In this document: one piece after another, positions 56,001-64,000 of the stretch
Layout: each line of letters opens with the position of its first letter
Numbering within the stretch: the stretch's first letter is position 1
Source of the DNA: the human T2T-CHM13v2.0 reference genome, Homo sapiens
NCBI GenBank assembly: GCA_009914755.4
Contig: CP068257.2
Location: forward strand, 23,680,001 to 23,744,000
DNA length: 64,000 nucleotides
Direction of reading: 5' to 3'
The notes under the pieces: generated by a model
Databases searched by the model: none
Told to the model about the DNA's origin: nothing
Seen by the model: the letters and a program-made list of their open reading frames with translations, nothing else
Position numbers and translations under genes: made by a program

Positions 56001-59000
56001 ATAGCCTGAATAGCCAAGGCAATCCTAAGCAAGAAGAACAAAGCTAGAGGTATCACATTACCCAATTCAAACTACACCACAGGGCTACAGTAACCAAAAC
56101 AGCATGGTACTGGTACAAAAACAGACACATGGATGAATGAAACATAATAGAGAGCCCAGAAATAGGGATACATACCTATGGCCATCTGATCTTTGACAAA
56201 GCTGACAAAAACAAGGCAATGGGGAAAAGACTCCTTATTCAATAAATAATTCTGGGATAACTGGCTAGCCATATACAGAAGATTGAAACCAGACCCCTTC
56301 CTTATACCATATACAAAAATCAACTAAAGATAAATTAAAGACTTAAGTTAAAACCCAAAACTATATGAACCCTGGAAGACAACCTAGACAATACCGTTCT
56401 GGACATAGGAATGAGCAAAGATTTTATGACAAAGGTGCAAAAAGTAATTGCAACAAAAGCAAAAATTGACAAATGGGACCTAATTAAACTTCAGAGCTTC
56501 TGCACAGCAAAAGAAACTATCAACAGAGTAAACATACAACCTACAGAATGGGAGAAAATTTTTGCAAACTATACATTTGACAAAGGTCTAGTATCTAGCA
56601 TCTATAAGAAACTTAAACACATTTACAAGAGAAAAACAACCCTATTAAAAAGTAGGCAAAGGACAGGAACAGACACTTTTCAATAGAAGACATATATGCA
56701 GCCAACAAGCATATGAAGAAAATCTCACTATCCCTGATCATTAAAGAAATATAAATCAAAACCACAATGAGACATCACCTCACACCAGTCAGAATGGCTA
56801 TTATTAAAAAGTCAAAAAACTATAGATGCTGTCAAGGATGTGGACAAAAAGGAACACTTATACACTATTGGTAGGAGTGTAAATTAGTTCAACTATTGTG
56901 GAAAGCAGTATGGTGATTCCTCAAAGAGCTAAAAGCAGAACCACCATTGGACGCAGCAATTCCATTACTGGGTTTATACCCAGAAGCATATACATCATTC
57001 TACCATAAAGACACATACATGTGAATGTTCACTGCTGCACTATTCACAATAGCAAAGATGTGGAATCAACCTAAATGCCCAACCACAACAGTTTGGATAA
57101 AGAAAATGTGGTACATATACACCACAGAATACTATGCAGCCGTAAAAAAGAATGAGTTAATGTCTTTTGTGTGAACACTGAAGGAGCTGGAGGCTATTAT
57201 CCTAGGCAAACTAATGCAGAAACAGGAAACCAAATACTCCATGTTCTCACTTGTAAGTGGGAGCTAAATGATGAGAACTCATGAACACAAAGAAGGGAAT
57301 AACAGACACCGGGGTCTACTTGGGGATGGAGGGCGGGAGAAGGGAGAGGAGCAGAAAAGAAGACTACTGGGCACTGGGCTTAGTACCCGGGTGATGAAAT
57401 CATCCGCACAACAAACCCTTGTGACATGAGTTTACCTATGTAACAAACCTTCAGATGTACCCCAAAACCTAAACTAAAAGTTATTTAAAAAATATTGTTC
57501 CACTCCCTCACAGCCTGTATGATTTTCACTGACAGGTTTGTTAGGCAAATTGGAGCTCCTTTATACGTTATTTGCTTCTCTGCTTTCAGGATTCTCTCTG
57601 TCCTTGACATTTGAAAGTTTGATCGTAATATGACTTTTGGTAGTCTTATTTAGGTCAGACACCTATTTGGTGTTCTCTGACCTTCCTGTACTTAGATATT
57701 TTCCTCTTTATTTAGTTTTGGAAGGTTTTCTGTTATTGTGTATTTAAATAAGCTTTCCACTCTTTCCTCTTGCTCAACTCCCTCTTGAACACCAATAATT
57801 CTTGGGTTTAGTCTTTCAAGTTAAATTTCTATTTCTTTTTGGTGATTATTTCTTTATATCCTTTTTCTTTTTTCTCGTCTGTGTATTTTCAAATAGCCTA
57901 TCTTTGAACTCACTGATTCTTTCCTCTGCTTAAGCCATTCTGCTGCTTCTAATGAATTTTTGATTCAGCAAATGTATTTCCCAGTTCCAAGATTTCTGTC
58001 TGTTTGTTTTTATTAGTTCAATCTCATTATTAAATCTCTCTGGTAAATTTCTGAATTGTTTTTCTGTGTTATCCTGGAGATTACTGAGTTTCCCTAAAAC
58101 TGCTATTTTGAATTCTTGGTCAGAGTGATCACATATCAGCATCTAGTTAGAGTCAGTTGCTGGATCCTGGCTTTGTTCCTTTGGAGAAATGATGGTTCCC
58201 TATTTGCTATTGTTTCTTGTGGATATATGTCTATGCCTTTGCATTGAAGGATTTATTATTTATTCTAGTCTTTTTGTCTAAGTTGTTCGGGTTTTTATTG
58301 GATATGTTTGCTTAGAGATGCTTTGTAATTTCTCTGTTGATTTTCTTTTTCCTCTGCTTGGTCACTGCTTCTTTTCAGTACTAGATGGTGTCTTACACCC
58401 AAGTCTCCCTTGATTCTAGGAAACAATCAGAGTGCTGCCATCTCAAATGAGAGAGGTCACAAAGGAGATACTTAATAGTATTAGAATGGTGCCTGTGCCT
58501 AAAGATTCACGCCCAGTGACCTGTGGAACAAACCTTTTACAGTTTGATGCTGCTGAACAGCCACTCTGATTTGCCATCTCTTTGACCAAGTTGCAGAGCA
58601 GAGCTTCCTGGGCTAAGAACAGTAGTCCAGCCTCTCCTCTTTGTCTCTAACTGTCTTCCAGGATATTTCTCCCTTTAGGTACTCCCAATGCTTCCTGTGG
58701 GTTGAGGCAGGGACAGTTACCCTGCCAAAGAACCTGGGATTATGGAGAAGCTTGTTATCACCTTGATCGCACTTTTTCCAGTATAGAAACTGTGAGTTGG
58801 GAAAATTTTCCACATGCTTGGTGTTGGGCAGATGGGAGGATGGATGTCATGAATATGAAGGTCCAATTCTCTTACTGTTTTCTTAGAGTTTTTTCACTTC
58901 TCTGTGGCCCCAGGAACATCTCAGCCTCATATTTGAGTTCTGAGATATTGCTGGTGATAATCTTCGTACTGCATATTTGTTTTTGGTATTCTATGGGGAA

Positions 59001-59110
59001 AAGTAAGGCCAGTTTGCTTCTATGTTGCCATTTTGGAACCAGAAGTCTCCTCCAAAGATTGTTTTTTTCATCAAAATTAGCTCATATGATGGTTCTGCTG
59101 TGTCTTAACC
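53036..59110 (-). mobile_element. Older primate L1 (L1PB or L1PA-old type) in minus orientation, near full length at the 5' end. It runs from 5'UTR through ORF1 and the ORF2 N-terminal half, has an internal deletion of roughly 2 kb, and ends with 3'UTR and poly-A. Its ORF1 is split by a nested L1 fragment.
   Basis: The minus-strand translation gives ORF1 N-terminal coiled-coil sequence ('LGKLSNLQDNTEKQFRNLPERFNNEIELIKTNRQKSWNWEIHLLNQ') at 57930-58142. The ORF1 middle ends '...KQITYKGAPICLTNLSVKIIQAVREWNNIF' at 57500. ORF1 resumes as '...FSKC*KKN..TQEYCIHKTILQI*RRDKVFPRQTK' at 55937 and below. ORF2 endonuclease and RT sequence follow ('HEEIENLNKPTMSNKIEAVIKSLPSRKSPGPEGFTPKIYKIFKEGLIPILLKFFKKMEEEEILPNSFYEVSIPLIPKPDKE', '...[30 protein letters not shown]'). 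At about 53330 the element jumps to old-type 3'UTR ('...cagtagggtgactacagattacaataatctaccgtagg...atcacatgtaccccc'). A poly-T run at 53036-53062 is the A-tail. The 5'UTR start 'ggaggagacttctggttccaaaatggc' (reverse complement, about 59040-59066) resembles the L1 5' start 'ggaggagccaagatggc'. Confidence 0.75.
55938..57488 (+). mobile_element. Nested L1 3' fragment (plus orientation; ORF2 C-terminal portion plus 3'UTR and A-tail) inserted into ORF1 of the minus-strand L1, with target-site duplications of about 12 bp
   Basis: Translation reads 'FFTELEKITLKFIWNKKKNSLNSQGNPKQEEQS...[18 protein letters not shown]...' through to the L1PA-like 3' end '...cttgtgacatgagtttacctatgtaacaaaccttcagatgtaccccaaaacctaaactaaaagttatttaaaaaa'. 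The flanking repeats are 'aaaatgttgttc' at 55926-55937 and 'aaaatattgttc' at 57489-57500. These are the complement of the host ORF1 'gaacaa[ct]atttt', codons 'WNNIF'. Confidence 0.75.
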
Positions 59111-61229
59111 TGTGATCCCTAAAAAAAGATCCTGAGACAAAGTCTTAGGTGGAGCACTCTATTTGGGAAGTGATTATCCTAGAGAGCAGGAATGAAAGAA
59201 AGTAGAACAAGGTACGAGAAAAATTCAATATGAGAATGATTTTTCAAATTGGTGATTGGTTTTTGATCTCCTGGAATCTTTGAAGGACTCTTATGGAATA
59301 TATGTCAAAACTATCTGCCTGGGGAAAGAGAGAAGAAGCCATTTATCAATTGGTTTTTATCCTTCACAGGGCATTATCTCCTCCAGTGCTCAGATTGCAC
59401 ACTCATGAGAGGTGAGCAAGCTTCCAAGAACATCCAATGCCGATGCTCCAGAAAAGCCTTTAACAAAAGTCAGAGGTCCATGGTAAGGTACCAGGTGAAA
59501 ACTCCATCAGATGATATCTGTACAGAGCTAGTCAAATCCTGCATAGACCTGGTTGTCACAGAAGTATATGGAATAAAAGGTGGTACTGTGTCCAATACAG
59601 TCCTCCTCTAGTATTACACAGTCTGTGGCATGCCTTCTCTCTTGCTCTTTTTTTAATATCTTAGCATTTAATATCTGCAAAAAAAGTGAATTATTTGATA
59701 AACACCCTAAAACATGTTAATCATATTTAGATTTAAAAATGTGGCATCAGTGTGAAATAGTGCATTCAGCCCTCTGTATGAGGAGACAAACAGTGATGCC
59801 TGCCCAAGAATGCAGAGAGCAGAGACACAGCTGCACTGTCTCAGCACGCTCCGCAACCTTCAGGAAGAAAGATTCCAATCACAGCATATTATTTAAAAGT
59901 ATTCTAACATAATATTTAGACATATCACATGCAAGCTTTTTCCCCCTTTAAACTATTCTCTAAATTTGGCCAAACAAAGTATTTGACACAAAAATCCTGG
60001 CAAAGTGCAGGGGTCCCTGCAGGACTGTGTGGCAAACCCTCTGACATTCTTTTGCCTTGGCAGATAAGTCAAAACAAGGACAATCTAAAAAGAGGCCATT
60101 CCCTCCCCCAATTAGCAATTCAAGGGTTAGAACTGAAATAGTGCAAAGGAAACAGACACGTACATACTCAAACACGCCCTACCCCGGCAACTCTCATAGC
60201 TGACAATGGCTGGATTTCATAACAAGCAATGATTTAATGATAACTTTGCTATTTTTTAAAAAATCAAGTAGAATACTCAAGCACGGATATTTCCCTTCAA
60301 TATAAGACAAAAAGCAGCAGTCTGGCATGGCTTCTCTTAAGTCCCAAGTGTTACAGAGGCCTCTTCAATCTCCAACCAACCCCGGTGTCTACAGGGGCAT
60401 AGTATAAAGGATTGATGGGCCAGTCCCTGATGCTGTCATCAACCTGAGGCCATAACTAATATCCACCATCAATCTTCTTCATCATCTATTTTCAGTTTGC
60501 CTTGACCAGTATTTTGGCAGCTCGAGGCTTTTCTGGTTGGATAACCCAGACCTTCATCCTTGAGAAACCTTAGTTTTTATTTGTCTCATCTTGGTTGGGC
60601 CAAGGTTGCTCAATTTCTCATTTATAGTTGTCAATGAACATGGAGGCATCCAAAGATAACCCAGTGAATTTCCAAATTCCAGAGCTACTCCTACCAGATA
60701 CCATGATGCAACATCAGTCCTCATGCAATAATCAGACTCAATTATCCTACCAATATAGAACACCCCCTTTTTGCCTACTGATCCTCTGATTTGGGGATTC
60801 AAGAGTGACCAGGGGTAGAGTAGCTTCATTCACTGGAACTCTTACTGTGTCCTCCCATAGGTGTGTTATACCCGTGAGAAACCAGACATTTTATTCTGGA
60901 AGATCCTAAGGCTGTGAAGATGAATATTCTCCCAAAGTGTATCACTGGAAGTGATAGTGAAAAAGGCCAATCCCACTTCCATCCCTTGGTTCCCAGACCC
61001 CAGTTTTCTAGCCATGAGCAAAACAAAAGCAGCATATATTGGCCATTTTTCTCTGAAATCAGAACCTAAGACAAAAGCTCATATTCCATGCCCAAAATGT
61101 TTTCATCAACACAAACTGAAACTGTACCCGTTAAACCATAACTCTCATTACCCCTCTCCGAAGCCCTTCGTAGACTATTCTACTTCCTAGCTCTGTGAAT
61201 TTGACTTCTAGGTGCTTCATAGAAGTATA

Positions 61230-61500
61230 ATCACACATTTTTTTCTGACTTCTATTCAACATAATATTAGAAGTTCTAAAAAAGGAAATAAAATTGGAAA
61301 TGAAGAATTAAATTTATCTCTGTTCACAGATGATAGGATTATATATTTAGAAAACCCTGAAAAATCCACACAAAAAACTGTTGAGTAGTGATAATTACAT
61401 AATAATGTGAGTGTACTTAATGCCACTGAATTGTACACTTAAAAATGGTTAGAATAGTAGATTTTACATGATGTCTATTTTACCACTACTTAAAAAGAAA
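61230..61500 (+). mobile_element. Ancient L1 (L1M-type) fragment: short ORF2 RT piece fused to the old-type 3' end
   Basis: Translation reads 'KKGNKIGNEELNLSLFTDDRIIYLENPEKSTQK', like L1 ORF2 '[29 protein letters not shown]'. It is followed by 'aatgtgagtgtacttaatgccactgaattgtacacttaaaaatggttagaatagtagattttacatgatgtctattttaccac', the well-known L1M 3' end 'gtgaatgtacttaatgccactgaactgtacacttaaaaatggttaa...'. Confidence 0.6.
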
Positions 61501-61883
61501 ACCAAACTGGTTTTGGTTTTTCTTAAGAATTGAGAAAAATGCCAGCCCAGTAGTCATTAGCCAGCGTCAGAGGTTGTATGTAAAGAGCACACGTGGCCTA
61601 GCAGCTCTGTTTGAGGATGTAACACCTGATAAACTAATGGCTACGTGAGTGCAGGCAAGGGACGGAACGTTTTAACTCCAAGAGTCAGGAAATCCATCAT
61701 GAAGGTATCATATGCTTGAGACCTTGAGGACAGAAGGGATTTCCACAGTGGAAGGAGATTACTCCAGGCTTTCCAACTGCAGATGCAAAGACATTGTCTC
61801 TTCCACCTTGAGAATACTGAAATCTTCTTTATTTGATTATCTTTTGGACCTACTCTGAATAGCTGCTAAGGTAATTTTCATTC

Positions 61884-62173
61884 TTTTTTTTTTTTTTTTT
61901 TTTTTTGAGACAGAGTCTCGCTCTGTCGCCCAGGCTGGAGTGCAGTCACTGCAACATAAGCCTCCCGGATTCACACCATTCTCCTGCCTCAGTCTCCTGA
62001 GTAGCTGGGACTACAGGCACCCGCCACCATGCCCGGCTGATTCTTTGTATTTTTTAGTAGAGACGGGGTTTCACCGTGTTAGCCAGGATGGTCTCGATCT
62101 TCTGACCTCGTGATCCCCCCGCCTTGGCCTCCCAAAGGGCTGGGATTACAGGCGTGAGCCATCGCGCCCGGCT
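61884..62173 (-). mobile_element. Alu (AluS or AluY-like) in minus orientation with a 23-nt T-run (A-tail) and 16-bp target-site duplications
   Basis: Starts 'tttttttttttttttttttttttgagacagagtctcgctctgtcgcccaggctggagtgcagtc' and ends 'gggattacaggcgtgagccatcgcgcccggct'. The flanks are 'ggtaattttcattctt' at 61868-61883 and 62174-62189. Confidence 0.9.
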
Positions 62174-64000
62174 GGTAATTTTCATTCTTATAATTGCTGA
62201 CTAGTTGAGAAGAAGAGGTCCCAAACTACAGAGAAGAAAGGAAGAAAGATGTGTCCAGTGAAATCCAGGGTCCCCCCGCTCCCATTCAAGGCCATCTGAA
62301 AGTATCTCCCCCTGCTTTTCAAGTTCATCGAATATGTTTAAGAAACCTGGAATTTCCAAGTCCATCAGCCTATTGAAACAAAACAGCTATAACTATAAAA
62401 TTTAGATCCTTTTAAGATTTTCAATCCTTAGAATTAAAGATATTTATTACAAAATATAGTTGTATTAAATCATATATGTCAAAATATTACAAACGTGTAT
62501 TTCATATTAGATAACTATCAACAACACAAAATTTCCTATCATTTTTCCTAGTGCTCCATTTTTTCAGACCTTTTCTTAATCTATTTTCTTGTCTGAGACC
62601 AAATACAAATGAATCAAAAGCCATTTCAGTGTTACATATTGGGTTTCCACGCATCCCTGTAGCATCTTTATCAGTAGCCTTGCGCAGAGTACACACTTTT
62701 GTACCTCCTTCTTATTAGCAACTTCATTTTTTCATAGTACAGAAAAGAATTCATATAACCCCATCAGGTTCCTTACATGGACCCAAGTTAAAACGCATCA
62801 TCTCAATGTCAGTCTCTTGGCTGTCTGCAGGGTAATATGGTGAATTGCTGCCTGTGCTGTAATTTTGTCAGCTCTTTAGTAAATTACAGTCAAGGATAAA
62901 GAGGACAGAGCTGCCTACTGACAAACAACATTCTTTATTCTCCTTTTTCTACAATGTACTGAATAATACCTTAGAGCGTAAGTCATCATATACCCTATAT
63001 AACAAATGTATAATTACAACACATGAAGCCCAAAAAATGAGCTTCAAAGAATATCACGTTTTTTTTTAAACAGGAAGTGGAAAGATGTTTCAGAAGAGTG
63101 AGCACAGGTTTTAGACTCTGAAATCTTTTAGCAGCATGATGCTTTTGAACATCTGATCTAGGTTTTGATTCTGCTAGCTACATGTATATTTTAGCCTTTG
63201 GTCTTGCATTAAAACACCAGTTGCAAATAATGTTAGAAAAATGGGGAATAGAGGAAGGAATATTTTTATTTACTTTATTTTTAAAATTCTGCATATATAA
63301 AGAACGTTGCTTGTGGCATCCCTGACTCTTTGCAACAACCTTATAAAGTCGTCATTATTAGCCTCATGTTACAGCAGAAGCTGTGAGTTGCTGCCAAAGT
63401 TGCTTACTATCAACCTCTGAAGAGATGAAACAGAGAGTCATACAAGATCTGTTTAAATCCAACAGCCTTTGACACTTTAAACTTCAGAACACATTGGATT
63501 TACACGTGTAAAATTGCCTTAGAGTTTGTAATTTCATGAAAGCAAAAATTCAACTTTTCCTTAAGAACAAATTTAGCATGTATGCCTTGAAACTGGCTTA
63601 TTAAATAATATGAAAATGTTCATTGTGGCTATTTGGCCTCCTAATGCTTAGTTTTATTTAGCAAACATCAAAACAAAATATGTATTAATCCAAAGCAAAT
63701 ATATTTTATTTAATTGGATTATTAATAGTTCACTAACATCATACTGTAGGTATTTTTCTTTTCTATAAATGTTTTATATTCCAGTCTATTCAAAACCTTA
63801 CGAACCAAATCCTTTAAAGGACGTAAGTCACACATATTTTCAAACCAACAAAATAGTAAAATTCAGGGAACATTAGATGGAATAGGGAAGATGAAATAAA
63901 GAAGCAACTAAGAGATTTACAAGAATGGAGTTCTTCTGCCACCTTGTGGTTGTTCTGTGTTATAACCTAGAGCTACATTAAAATATTCAGGGAATTCTTC

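Noticed and set aside
52990-57500. A second twin-primed (5'-inverted) L1
   Set aside because: The minus-strand ORF1 continues on the far side of the plus-strand segment, with 'REWNNIF' at 57500 and 'FSKC/KVLKEKN' at 55937. The plus segment has its own ~12-bp direct repeats, so it is a nested insertion rather than one inverted element.

Overview
This window is primate (human-type) nuclear DNA, not a prokaryotic or viral locus. It is AT-rich and looks like a gene-poor intronic or intergenic stretch. Roughly half of it is recognisable interspersed repeats: at least 11 Alu elements, several L1 insertions of different ages, two MaLR solo LTRs, MIR fragments and a number of microsatellites. I found no intact protein-coding gene, tRNA, rRNA or CRISPR array, and no ORF longer than 170 aa that is not a repeat or pseudogene fragment. 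The only gene-derived feature is a processed RPL13A pseudogene at 39656-40791. It has the 5'TOP start, a frameshift, the 3'UTR, an A-tail and 16-bp target-site duplications (TSDs). The most unusual structures are in the L1 elements. One L1PA insertion (22778-26752) has the 5'-inverted form expected of twin priming, an internal reverse-transcriptase deletion, and a ~185-bp copy of its own 5' flank embedded in its body. A second, older L1 (53036-59110) carries an L1 3' fragment nested in its ORF1 with its own TSDs. Other points of interest are a ~294-bp near-pure homopyrimidine tract, a compound (TG)n(TA)n microsatellite, local tandem and dispersed duplications, and an exact NF-kB decamer that was copied by a TSD. 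There is also one weak candidate exon. I saw no evidence of a novel biological system. Coordinates of repeat boundaries are approximate (about ±10-20 bp), because they rest on recalled consensus sequences rather than alignment.
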